64,000 nt of DNA. It comes from a virus. Shown here one piece after another: positions 1 to 9,194 of this stretch. Where the stretch lies: positions 1 to 64,000 of IMG/VR virus record IMGVR_UViG_3300035113_000077. One strand, written 5' to 3'. The stretch's first letter is position 1. Each line of letters starts with the position of its first letter. The position numbers were made by a program, and so were the translations under genes. The notes beneath the pieces are model-generated. The model did no database searches. It saw only the letters and a list, made by a program, of their open reading frames with translations, and was not told where the DNA came from.

Positions 1-564
1 TTACTCTTCTTCGCCTTCGTCGTCAGCTTCATTTCCTTCTTCATCAGAATATTCTAAATAGCAAGTACATCCTGGATATGCATCTGCTAGAGACATTGCT
101 CCAGATGAGAATGCTTCGTCAACAGGTATTGGCCCATCATCTGAATTGTCTGAACATTCATCACAAGGGTTTTCTTCTGTTATCCAGTTCTTATAGATGG
201 TTTTATTCTTCGACTTACCTAAACGCTCAAATCCTTTTTGTTTTCCAAACTCTTTAGCTGCATGTGATTCATTATCACCAATATTTTCTCCACGTTGTTT
301 GCTGGTATCTGTTTTTGGATTATCTAATTTCTTAAATGCATTGTGCATAAATTTCATGCGTTTAGCAACATACTTATCTATATGAGCTTTAGCTACACGA
401 TCTAAACTTCCTCCAAAAGATTTCTCAGCTGCTTTAGTAGCACTATCTCTAATTTGTTGTTCTATTGAATCTAAGCCTTTTGTTTTACCTAGTTTTTTAT
501 GTAATACACCTATGGCATCATCAGCTATTGAGCACCATAGTTGAATTGTATTCTTAAGATTCAT
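1..564 (-). CDS. Mu gpF/SPP1 gp7-like minor head (morphogenesis) protein
   Basis: C-terminal KNWIT..PCDEC..N...GPIPVDEAFSSG......YPGCTC pattern typical of Phage_Mu_F C-termini; acidic tail. Confidence 0.65.
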   Translation of the reverse strand: MNLKNTIQLWCSIADDAIGVLHKKLGKTKGLDSIEQQIRDSATKAAEKSFGGSLDRVAKAHIDKYVAKRMKFMHNAFKKLDNPKTDTSKQRGENIGDNESHAAKEFGKQKGFERLGKSKNKTIYKNWITEENPCDECSDNSDDGPIPVDEAFSSGAMSLADAYPGCTCYLEYSDEEGNEADDEGEEE

Positions 565-751
565 TTTTATTATCTAATGTTGGTCTTCTCTGTATTCTAC
601 GCCCAAGAATTATTCCTAAACTAAATTTCAATATATCTGGAATAATTCCATTATCACCTTTACCTAATCCAATTAAACATAAGCATCCTACAATAATTAC
701 TAGTGATATGATATCGTCAGCTTCAAATCTACGCCCCTTTTGTATGGACAT
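554..751 (-). CDS. small two-TM membrane protein, holin-like
   Basis: 65 aa, two hydrophobic segments, basic C-terminus. Confidence 0.4.
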   Translation of the reverse strand: MSIQKGRRFEADDIISLVIIVGCLCLIGLGKGDNGIIPDILKFSLGIILGRRIQRRPTLDNKNES

Positions 752-1019
752 TAGTTTCTCTCGCTTTTACAAAGTGCTCAATTAACAATTTATCAACAAC
801 TAGCGATAAGAAAAATATGGATATAGTAATGCAAAATAATGAAATAGCAGTGCTAAGAGCCATTGCAACATCACTTATCCAATGATATTGATCTATTCCA
901 AATATCCAATATCCAAGTATTGTACGCAAAGTTATAATCATTGATATTGAACATAATCCACGAACAACTGCTAACATCCAATGGTGAACTAAGAACACTC
1001 TAAGTACTTGGTGTAGCAT
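729..1019 (-). CDS. membrane protein (2 TM)
   Basis: Two long hydrophobic stretches; overlaps the next ORF. Confidence 0.5.
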   Translation of the reverse strand: MLHQVLRVFLVHHWMLAVVRGLCSISMIITLRTILGYWIFGIDQYHWISDVAMALSTAISLFCITISIFFLSLVVDKLLIEHFVKARETNVHTKGA

Positions 1020-1058
1020 AACAATATCCCTTCACTTTAAATTAAACGAAGTAACTAC

Positions 1059-3995
1059 TTAGCTTCCACCCACCATACAAAAACTACCTTTTTGAATTGT
1101 CACTGCCGCAGCTGCTGTACCAGCTTGAACTGCAATTACTCCTGCTGTTGTTCCATTGTTTACTGTTCCAACTACCTTCGCTTTATATGTTGTTGTACCA
1201 GCAGTCAATGCTGGTCCTGTTAAGTTTGTTCCACCAGTTGTTGTCTGAGTAAATGTTGGAGCTACAGCACCACTATTGCCATAAATTTCTGCCGAATACT
1301 GTGTGAACGTTGGTGATGCAGGAACAGTAACATCTAGTCTAAGTACAGCTGATGTTGTTGATCCTTGATAATATATTTCACAAGAGAACGATTGCTTAAA
1401 ACTAGCTGCAATATTCCAAGATACAATTGTTGTCTGAGTAGACGTTAACGATGCTGAGTTTGCTGTCAATATATGATTCGTACTTGAATAACCAATTTCA
1501 CCAGTATTATCATCAATTAAATAATAACTCTTTTGTGGTGAATCACATATTCCATGGTTTGTTGCTACGTTTGCACCAATCTCTAATAGGCAATTTGAAC
1601 CACCAGCATTGCTTGTTGTATCTGCACCTATAATACGAGCTCTTGCACTATTCTCCATTCTTATTCCATATTGTTGATGTTTGTTTGCAGCTACGGGAGC
1701 ATTATCATTTAAGCTACCACCAATAACTGTCATTTGACAATGGCCAGAACAATAAATTCCCTCAGCTAATCCAGTTCTAACTCCAGTTCCTGTTCCTGCT
1801 TGGCCATTATCATCAGCTTTTGGTGCACTAATAGTTGTGTCTTGAGTATAAATTGAAAATGCTTGTGATGCACCTAGCCCACAAGTTGTGCTTAATACTA
1901 ATGTATGAAAATCAGTTACAGACGCAACATTGAATTGCGTTGGCCCTGCTCCAATGTTCACTGGCATTCCTACTGGAAATGGCCCAAATGGTTGGCCACT
2001 TACCCATGCTACTGTAGTTGTGCCATTACAAGTAACTACTGAAGATGAATCAGCTAATACAATTCCTGAATTTAAGTTTCTACTTGTAGTTACATTATTA
2101 AATGCCACTGATGGGCTGCCTACAACTCTTACTCCTTCATTTCCAAGATCATCACTAAAGTTACTATTACTTATGCTTCCATCTACTGATGAGTATACTT
2201 CTAAGCTTGGGCAACAATTACCGCCAGCACCACCTCTATGATTACCAATTAAATTATTCAATGTAAAACGAGCAGCCATAAATATATCGAAGCAGTCTGC
2301 TCCTAGAATATTTGCACCTGTACCAGCAACGTTGTTTGTATTTCGACAAATACCATTTGACATTCCAATGTCATGCGTCATATTCAGTGCATCTGCACAG
2401 TTTATATTAATCAAATTTTCACACTGAAAATTCGTAAAAGTAATATTAGAACTAGCACCAGCAGTTGTTCCATCTCCTGTGGCAACCATCATACTACCAC
2501 CATTGACAGCTTGAGAGTTATCAATATTTTCTGACCTCATTCCATCAACAGTACACATATCACATTGACTAAGAGATATTCCATTATTAAGAGTTGCACT
2601 TACTGGAAAAGTAAAATTACTAAATGTTGTATCTTCTATTCTTAACCATTGATTTACAAATCCAGTTATTCCAGCAACAGGACCAGTAGTCTGAGTAAAA
2701 CCATAGTGTCTAGTCTTTTTAACTGTTACCATCTTTCCGGTCATGTAAATATGATTACCACCACCTGTGAATGTAATATTAGAAGCTTCTTGTTTGTTCG
2801 CTAGTTGCAGCATTCCATTAACTGATTGTGTAGTTAATGTTGAAACAATACTCATGTCTTGAAAAATCCAGTTCCATGTTCCAGAGCCATCTATAGAAGC
2901 AGCAGCATTCTCCAAAGAAATCTTTGTGTCGTCACCTACTCCACTAATAATACTAGTATCTGTAAATTGAAGATTAGCTGTATTAATTGCTACTCCACCA
3001 CAATTTGCAGTTATTTTATAATTTGTCCCAATTGGAATTGGGGCAACATTACAAAGTTTTTCATTTCCAGTAGTATTCGATTGAAATACATTGTAAGAAT
3101 ATGCACCAACTACTGCAGCAGGAGAATTTATTGTTGCTGTACAAGTGGGAGTGCCAGAACATGCAGCATTCATTGAAGCAGTTAATTCAGGTGACGGCCC
3201 TAAAGTGTTAACTTGATCTGCTATCCATGCAGTCATGTATCCTACTTTCACGAATACCTGATTGCTTAACGTTCCACCAGTTGTCGTTGTTGATGCTGTC
3301 GTAGGAGCTGCAGGAGCTGCAAGTACTGATGATGTCGGAAATCCTGCTGCTTGATTTACTGTTGTATGAAGTATAACTTGACCAAGTTTTATCCACGTTG
3401 GCTTTGTAATGGCCAACATGTTTGATGCACAATTCTGATCACCAGTAAATCCAGTTGCATCAATTATTGCTCGACTAGCAGCTACATAAGTTGCATCTGA
3501 ATAAACAGATGCAATCTTAGCACACATATCTGCACCTGTACCAATCTTCGATGCATCTAATATTGGAGCACCACCCCAATACTTAGCTAAGATTGTATCA
3601 GGTAAACTAGCTACAGGTAATTGGCCCTTTACTTGAGTTGAAAGGTCAATTAAAGTTGATGTAAATGCCATTAGCAATAAACTAGACAAGATAACAAAGA
3701 CAGCAGCTCTTTGTCTTAGTGTTGGTTTCTTTATTCGACGACTAATTACTGGTCTAGTATATTCTTCTATTGGTAGTGGTTCACTCTCAACTTCAATTTC
3801 TCTTCCATCTAAATCATGATTTTCAAAATAAGGGTCTAGTGGTAATGGCTCTGGCCTTAAAAGATTTCCATGTATATCATGAGTCTTAAGAAATTCATCT
3901 AACTCTATAGATGATTCTAACTCAGTAGGAACTTTTAACCTGCCAAAGATATCGTGGGTTTTCAAATATTCGTCAATTCGATTAAAAATTCTCAC
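1059..3995 (-). CDS. large beta-helix (pectate-lyase-like) tailspike/adhesin-like protein with N-terminal repeats and a hydrophobic anchor
   Basis: GTG start after AAGGGG; Asn/Gly/Thr-rich beta-helix-like repeats in the central part; C-terminal 'TIQKGSFC' fibre-type end; hydrophobic segment at about aa 97-112. Confidence 0.6.
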   Translation of the reverse strand: MRIFNRIDEYLKTHDIFGRLKVPTELESSIELDEFLKTHDIHGNLLRPEPLPLDPYFENHDLDGREIEVESEPLPIEEYTRPVISRRIKKPTLRQRAAVFVILSSLLLMAFTSTLIDLSTQVKGQLPVASLPDTILAKYWGGAPILDASKIGTGADMCAKIASVYSDATYVAASRAIIDATGFTGDQNCASNMLAITKPTWIKLGQVILHTTVNQAAGFPTSSVLAAPAAPTTASTTTTGGTLSNQVFVKVGYMTAWIADQVNTLGPSPELTASMNAACSGTPTCTATINSPAAVVGAYSYNVFQSNTTGNEKLCNVAPIPIGTNYKITANCGGVAINTANLQFTDTSIISGVGDDTKISLENAAASIDGSGTWNWIFQDMSIVSTLTTQSVNGMLQLANKQEASNITFTGGGNHIYMTGKMVTVKKTRHYGFTQTTGPVAGITGFVNQWLRIEDTTFSNFTFPVSATLNNGISLSQCDMCTVDGMRSENIDNSQAVNGGSMMVATGDGTTAGASSNITFTNFQCENLININCADALNMTHDIGMSNGICRNTNNVAGTGANILGADCFDIFMAARFTLNNLIGNHRGGAGGNCCPSLEVYSSVDGSISNSNFSDDLGNEGVRVVGSPSVAFNNVTTSRNLNSGIVLADSSSVVTCNGTTTVAWVSGQPFGPFPVGMPVNIGAGPTQFNVASVTDFHTLVLSTTCGLGASQAFSIYTQDTTISAPKADDNGQAGTGTGVRTGLAEGIYCSGHCQMTVIGGSLNDNAPVAANKHQQYGIRMENSARARIIGADTTSNAGGSNCLLEIGANVATNHGICDSPQKSYYLIDDNTGEIGYSSTNHILTANSASLTSTQTTIVSWNIAASFKQSFSCEIYYQGSTTSAVLRLDVTVPASPTFTQYSAEIYGNSGAVAPTFTQTTTGGTNLTGPALTAGTTTYKAKVVGTVNNGTTAGVIAVQAGTAAAAVTIQKGSFCMVGGS

Positions 3996-4018
3996 GACAT
4001 TTCCCCTTAAATTAATTT

Positions 4019-4672
4019 CTAGTGTAAGTAGTCTGCTGAAATAATATCACCTGTCTTTGGGGCTACTGTCGTTGATATCGAATTTGTTGTTAGAGTAAAG
4101 TCAGCTCCTGCTGCATATAGTAACTGTCCATTCTTGTAGAAGTGTAAACTAAGTGCTGGACTAGGGGCACTAACTAATGTATACGTTGTATTAGCTCCGT
4201 TTACTAATCCAGTTGGAGTTTCGTTATTTACTTGAGTACCAGTTGGTACTGCAGCACAACTGAATAAGTGTGTTGCTGTTGTATATTCTAATGCTCCTGT
4301 TGTACAATTGGGAACACTCTTCCAAGCACCTGTTGCTGATGCTGTTGTAACTATAACTTGATCTGCCGCAGCGTTCGTCGGTACCGACGTCCCATTAACA
4401 TTAACCACTGTAACTGCATTTGAGCCAGACGTAGTTGCGTCTCCAGAGAGTTCTGCACCTGATAAGGTAGAACCATTGGATCGTACAACTCCTGTACTAA
4501 TAGAGGTAGCATTTGTTCCTCCATTACCAAATGGTAATGTTCCTTTTACCTGTGTAGTTAGATCTATTTGTGTCGCGGCAAATCCAACAGCAAATATCGA
4601 AATAAGAATTAGTGCAAACACTGCACCAATGCTCCGCATCTTTTCTATCCAAGGCTTGTTTGGTGTTCTCAT
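4019..4672 (-). CDS. fibre/structural-like protein with signal peptide
   Basis: Signal-like N-terminus, then IDLTTQVKGTLP (shared with 1059-3995); C-terminal ETP.G..NG..YTL..L.FYKNG domain shared with 4683-4979. Confidence 0.55.
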   Translation of the reverse strand: MRTPNKPWIEKMRSIGAVFALILISIFAVGFAATQIDLTTQVKGTLPFGNGGTNATSISTGVVRSNGSTLSGAELSGDATTSGSNAVTVVNVNGTSVPTNAAADQVIVTTASATGAWKSVPNCTTGALEYTTATHLFSCAAVPTGTQVNNETPTGLVNGANTTYTLVSAPSPALSLHFYKNGQLLYAAGADFTLTTNSISTTVAPKTGDIISADYLH

Positions 4673-4682
4673 TCTTCTCCCC

Positions 4683-4979
4683 TCAAAAGTATGCTATCAG
4701 TTTATCACCGGTAGCAGGTGCTATAATCATTGTTACTTGATTTCCTACCAGTGTATAATCATCGTTTTCATTCTGTAGCATGCCATTCCAAAAGACTTGT
4801 AGAGCTAAAGAACTAGGAACTGCACCAAATGTAAATACTTTATTCACTCCATTTGGAGTTTCCGCCGGAATCCATTTTATTGGCTTTCCACCAGGAGCAG
4901 AAGCCACTTGTGCCCACTGAGAATTGCAGTCTTCAAATACTTTCCATTTATACGTATTTACTGGGAATGGATTTGGCAT
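4683..4979 (-). CDS. small beta-sandwich structural-like protein
   Basis: ETPNGVNKVFT...VFWNGMLQ...DYT...AP..GD motif, paralogous to the C-terminus of 4019-4672. Confidence 0.5.
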   Translation of the reverse strand: MPNPFPVNTYKWKVFEDCNSQWAQVASAPGGKPIKWIPAETPNGVNKVFTFGAVPSSLALQVFWNGMLQNENDDYTLVGNQVTMIIAPATGDKLIAYF

Positions 4980-4982
4980 ATT

Positions 4983-5285
4983 CTATCCTAATGGTTCAGT
5001 TGTAACTTTCTTTTCACCATCTTTATTTGTTACAACAATTGTTTGTTTACTTGGGCCAACTACTCCATGAAATAAGATTGTCATTAAACCACCTTCAAAT
5101 GGCTTATAATCTTTTGTCATGAAGATTTTTTCAGTCTTCTTTAATCTATCAACTTCTTCTGTTACTTGACTAATATGAGTGGCCATTAAAACTTTGTTTG
5201 TGTTATGCGTAAACGGGAGCTTATCTTTTGTAAGTGGAACTCCCGGAAATGCTGCATGGAGTTCAATTGATTCTTTAAGTTTCAT
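4983..5285 (-). CDS. hypothetical protein, paralog of 5282-5596
   Basis: C-terminal FHGVVGPSKQTIVVTNKDG resembles YHGMTRSSEKKTFITTTADG of its neighbour; ATGA overlap. Confidence 0.45.
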   Translation of the reverse strand: MKLKESIELHAAFPGVPLTKDKLPFTHNTNKVLMATHISQVTEEVDRLKKTEKIFMTKDYKPFEGGLMTILFHGVVGPSKQTIVVTNKDGEKKVTTEPLG

Positions 5286-5596
5286 GCTACACTCTCCGTC
5301 CACGATTGGACTGTTCCATCAGCAGTAGTTGTTATAAATGTTTTCTTCTCTGATGATCTAGTCATTCCATGGTAAACAACTGTTTGATAAATTTTATCTG
5401 GCCCATCATCATTTCCGATTAGTTGTGCATTATTACTCATTTGGATGATATCACCACTATCTTTAATTCCCTTAACTATCTTCTGTACATTACCATAGTG
5501 CAGTTGTAATTGAGGATTAAGCTTACGTGAGATTGCCGTCTTACGATCTTTAATCATCGTTTCGGCTTCAATCTTTATCCATTGAAATAAATTCAT
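5282..5596 (-). CDS. hypothetical protein
   Basis: ORF with GAGG RBS; paralog of 4983-5285. Confidence 0.5.
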   Translation of the reverse strand: MNLFQWIKIEAETMIKDRKTAISRKLNPQLQLHYGNVQKIVKGIKDSGDIIQMSNNAQLIGNDDGPDKIYQTVVYHGMTRSSEKKTFITTTADGTVQSWTESVA

Positions 5597-5619
5597 AAGC
5601 TTAATCCTCTTATCTTAAA

Positions 5620-5922
5620 CTAGAAGGCACAGACTTTCTCTGTGGTTGCTCCATTAGCATTTTCGATATAAGCGCAGTCCCATAGTGCAACATCCCCATG
5701 GATACAGGAAGCGCCTTCATATCCAACAAAGAACGTTTGCTGTTCGTTGTTGATTTCCAGCGACATCTCTCGGACTTGATTTGTGGCCTCAGGGATTGTC
5801 ACAGTCGAGGAAGCTAATTCCACCGTTGCTTTATTGGATGGCGTGCCTGAGGGAAAGATACTAATGGAGTTAGCTGCTACTATCTTGGTAACTTTGCCTT
5901 TGATAAGTTTCACTGTAAACAT
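5620..5922 (-). CDS. hypothetical protein
   Basis: Likely start MFTVKL; ends AYIENANGATTEKV. Confidence 0.5.
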   Translation of the reverse strand: MFTVKLIKGKVTKIVAANSISIFPSGTPSNKATVELASSTVTIPEATNQVREMSLEINNEQQTFFVGYEGASCIHGDVALWDCAYIENANGATTEKVCAF

Positions 5923-6002
5923 ATTCTTCTTCTCTTTTCTTCTTCTGAATTTTCCACTCTCGTGGAATCTTTGTTTGCCATTTTGCAAAAATGTCTTATA
6001 AA

Positions 6003-6566
6003 CTATTGCTCACTCCATCTAAAGCCTGCTCCAAACGTTCCAAGAAATGATTCACCAATATAAACTACATAGCCTTTTCCGGGAGTAATAACTAATGGCT
6101 TTGTTGTCATGTCCCACTTCTCACCCAGTCTAAAATGATTCAATGTCGTTGTCTGAGTATTAGTTCCAAGATTTCCTGTTGCAATAAATCCATTAGTTAT
6201 GCAAGGTATTCCAATTATCTTTGCTACTGATTGAGCAGTTGATCCTGTACTAACTTGTTCTCCTACATCTGTTAAGTCTTCATTGATGATTTTATATTGA
6301 GTACATGTTCCATTCGTTGGCAATGTCGTTGCAAATGAAGTTCCTATTACAACATATGGAGTAATGTCGTTAGCTTCAAATCCAATATTCAATTCGTAGA
6401 ATGATAAACTAATATTCTTTCCAGAATTAGCTGGGTTGAATATTCCAATCGCAAATGCTGACTGCGGATTATTCAATCCATAGACATAAGAAATAAAGTT
6501 CTTAGGTGCAACTTGAGCGAAGCTTGTGAGTGAGGCAAGTGTAATAGCTAGCAATAGTTTCTTCAT
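6003..6566 (-). CDS. secreted protein (Sec signal peptide)
   Basis: MKKLLLAITLASLTSFA|Q, a classic signal peptide; AAGGA RBS. Confidence 0.6.
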   Translation of the reverse strand: MKKLLLAITLASLTSFAQVAPKNFISYVYGLNNPQSAFAIGIFNPANSGKNISLSFYELNIGFEANDITPYVVIGTSFATTLPTNGTCTQYKIINEDLTDVGEQVSTGSTAQSVAKIIGIPCITNGFIATGNLGTNTQTTTLNHFRLGEKWDMTTKPLVITPGKGYVVYIGESFLGTFGAGFRWSEQ

Positions 6567-6579
6567 TTTATCCTTTTGG

Positions 6580-6927
6580 TTATATTTTATTTTGTGGATC
6601 ATAAGCTATTCTTACTATCTCTTCTCCATTTGCAATCACCGCAAGGAATCTGTGGTTACCATCCTTTAGAAACCACTTTTGTTTTCCTTTATAAATAATC
6701 GATCTACAGAATAGAGTTCCTATTTCTCTTCCCTGTTGATATCTTCTACTATACATCAATATACGTTTTGGCCATAGCTTATAGCTTTTACGAATTATAT
6801 CATTAACATTTACTTCTTTAAATTCAAGTCGTCGACTAGCAGCTGCAGCGTTGATCTCATGCTTCTGAGAATGACATGACCACTCTTCCAAGAACTTATA
6901 TGGCTCTTTGTCATTCCATGTTACCAT
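6580..6927 (-). CDS. ParB/Srx N-terminal-like domain protein
   Basis: W.LKDGNHR..A motif; paralog of 25600-25947. Confidence 0.55.
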   Translation of the reverse strand: MVTWNDKEPYKFLEEWSCHSQKHEINAAAASRRLEFKEVNVNDIIRKSYKLWPKRILMYSRRYQQGREIGTLFCRSIIYKGKQKWFLKDGNHRFLAVIANGEEIVRIAYDPQNKI

Positions 6928-7127
6928 AGTCTTTCTTCTACTATTTTCTTTTTTGTTCTTCCTTTTATCCCGTACTTGTAGCCAATGTCTTTATAATTCT
7001 CTTTCTCTGATGCATGAACTATTTGCAAGTGGCGTTGCATTTGGCCAACATCAATTGGCTTCATACAAACTATACATTCAATTTGTTCTTTAGACGAATA
7101 TGACATTCTTATTTCCTTAAATGCAAA

Positions 7128-7159
7128 TAGGACAAGGGCTTATCTATGCTCTTGTCCTA
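7128..7159 (-). terminator. intergenic hairpin, possible terminator
   Basis: TAGGACAAGAGC/GCCCTTGTCCTA stem followed by a short T tract on the minus strand. Confidence 0.45.
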
Positions 7160-7184
7160 CAAGTATTCCTTCTTCTATTATTAG

Positions 7185-7607
7185 CTAGCTTGTTTCAAAA
7201 TGGTATCTAAGTCTTTGATTTGTAACCCAACGATTTTTACCAACTTGACCAACACCAGGTACTCTTTCTAATATTTCAATTACAACTTTATCTTTCACAA
7301 CATCAACTACTTTAGACTTTACAAATATTTTAGTATCAACTGGATTATAGTCTACAATATCTCCTACTTTAAACTTAGTCTTTACATTCTTTCCACCAGT
7401 AATTGGTTTTGCTTTTGTTGTACGAACTTGTTCTTCGTGCTCAATCAAAATTCTATTTGTAGCTTCTCTCTTCTTTAATTCTTTAATTTCGTTACTAATT
7501 ATTTCAACACAGTCTCTAAGTAATACTACATCTGAGGATGGTATATCAACAGCCTCTTTCCATAGTCTTATTCTATTCAATACATCTTCAACTGTTTTTA
7601 GTTCCAT
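7185..7607 (-). CDS. hypothetical protein with C-terminal SH3/KOW-like region
   Basis: KFKVGDIV motif. Confidence 0.45.
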   Translation of the reverse strand: MELKTVEDVLNRIRLWKEAVDIPSSDVVLLRDCVEIISNEIKELKKREATNRILIEHEEQVRTTKAKPITGGKNVKTKFKVGDIVDYNPVDTKIFVKSKVVDVVKDKVVIEILERVPGVGQVGKNRWVTNQRLRYHFETS

Positions 7608-7937
7608 TCTATTTCACCTTTGTTTACTGTAAAATGTGCTCCGCATCCTGGCCCAGTTAATAGTACAGAATTTGATGTTGCTCCAATGAATGTTAAATCA
7701 TCGAAGTTTGTTCCTACTAAATTCCATCTACCTGGACCTATCTTATGTTCTGATTGTGGAACATGTTGTTGCCAGCAAATTATCCCATGAGTTCCTTATT
7801 GCACCATTGTTATTCTTGAAGCATAAGGGGCACAGAAAGAAGATTCCATCTGCTTCTGATAATAGTACACCTTTACTCTGCCATGTACGATCATCAATGA
7901 CTTTAAGAAACTCCGGTTCTAATTCACTAAGTCTCAT
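7598..7937 (-). pseudogene. frameshifted Cys/His (Zn-binding-like) protein
   Basis: Frame 1 ...FLCPLCFKNNNGAI continues after skipping one A (7796) as GTHGIICWQQHVP...GPGRW...SVLLTGPGCGAHFTVNKG to a stop at 7598. Confidence 0.6.
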
Positions 7938-8164
7938 TATTCTTTAGCTCATTTGGTCTAGTTATTTCAACACCAATATCTTTAAGCACTGCTTCGCATG
8001 CACTTTTAAACTGTTGTGTTACTTCCTGAGTTGGCATATACATCAATCCAGCTGGCTTCTTTTCTTTTGGGAGTAACCCATTTTTAATTGCCCGATCAAC
8101 TAAGCTACCCCAAGCCACTTCTATTGCAAATTGTAAATTGTCATAGGGAGTCTTTTCTATCTTC

Positions 8165-8689
8165 TTAACTTTTATCATTTTTCTCAATCCTGTAATCATG
8201 ATTCAAAAATCTCTTTGCCATCCATCTCACCATATAATCAATTGCCGAAGTAGCTTCACCAAATTCTTCTCCAGTGAATCCACTTGGCTCAAATCTAGTG
8301 AAGCTAAGCTTATCACATAGTAACTTTAGTGGAACTCCATGCTGAAGTGAGATTGACATTGTTATTGCCCAAGTATCCAACAATCCTTTCATCGTTGACC
8401 CCGATTTACTTGTTATAAATAATTCACCCGGGCTACCATCTGGATATAATCCAACGGTCAAATAGAATTGCTCTTTATCGCCAGTCTGACTATATCTAAG
8501 AGTAAATGTTCTTGTAATAGCTCGTCTATCTTTAGGGAGCTTATGTCTAATGGCAATTGGAGGCTTTATTTGACTGCCTTCAAATGCAGCTGCTGCTTCT
8601 ATGCCTAATATACTCATTGGTTTCTCAGGTGGTGCTGGCCAAGGTTCAGGTCTACCTACATCTACTATATCAAAATGTCTTTCACTCAT
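8165..8689 (-). CDS. stand-alone TSCPD domain protein (class II ribonucleotide reductase C-terminal/NrdJb-like)
   Basis: RHKLP..R..IT, YLTVGLYPDGSPGELFI, GST..GL.D..AI..SISLQHGVPL, RFEPSG, ATS..DY..RW. Confidence 0.8.
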   Translation of the reverse strand: MSERHFDIVDVGRPEPWPAPPEKPMSILGIEAAAAFEGSQIKPPIAIRHKLPKDRRAITRTFTLRYSQTGDKEQFYLTVGLYPDGSPGELFITSKSGSTMKGLLDTWAITMSISLQHGVPLKLLCDKLSFTRFEPSGFTGEEFGEATSAIDYMVRWMAKRFLNHDYRIEKNDKS

Positions 8690-8873
8690 TTTTAATTACC
8701 TCTAGCTATTTGTGCCTCTATCATTAATCGAACTGTTGCTTGCTCTTCTTCATTTAGAGGTCCATTTGTCTTTGTCCAGTTAGCTGCTTCTTCAATTTTA
8801 TCAGTTAAATCATCTACATTATCAATTAAAGACCAACCACTAACTATATCTCTAAATTCTTCACGCATAAAAA

Positions 8874-9173
8874 TTACTCCAAGAAATTATAGATTGGTTC
8901 AACACGAACTTTAAATGTTGTGTTACCACGATTCATTGGAGTACGAATTTCTCCACTCTTTGAACAACAACTTCCGCCAGCTTCTACTTCCACGGCTGAT
9001 GTTTCATTTTCAATACAAAAATCTAATTCATGTAAAATTGATTGTTCAGCAGAATCAATGCTCTTTCTCTCATGTTCACTATATACATTTCCTCTAATAC
9101 CTTCAAAGTACTGTTGAACTCTATCTTTTACTTGTTGTGGTTTTCCAACTATTTTTCCAATTGACCAACTCAT
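8874..9173 (-). CDS. hypothetical protein
   Basis: ORF with AAAGGAG RBS. Confidence 0.55.
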   Translation of the reverse strand: MSWSIGKIVGKPQQVKDRVQQYFEGIRGNVYSEHERKSIDSAEQSILHELDFCIENETSAVEVEAGGSCCSKSGEIRTPMNRGNTTFKVRVEPIYNFLE

Positions 9174-9194
9174 CTTTATTTTCTCCTTTGTATT

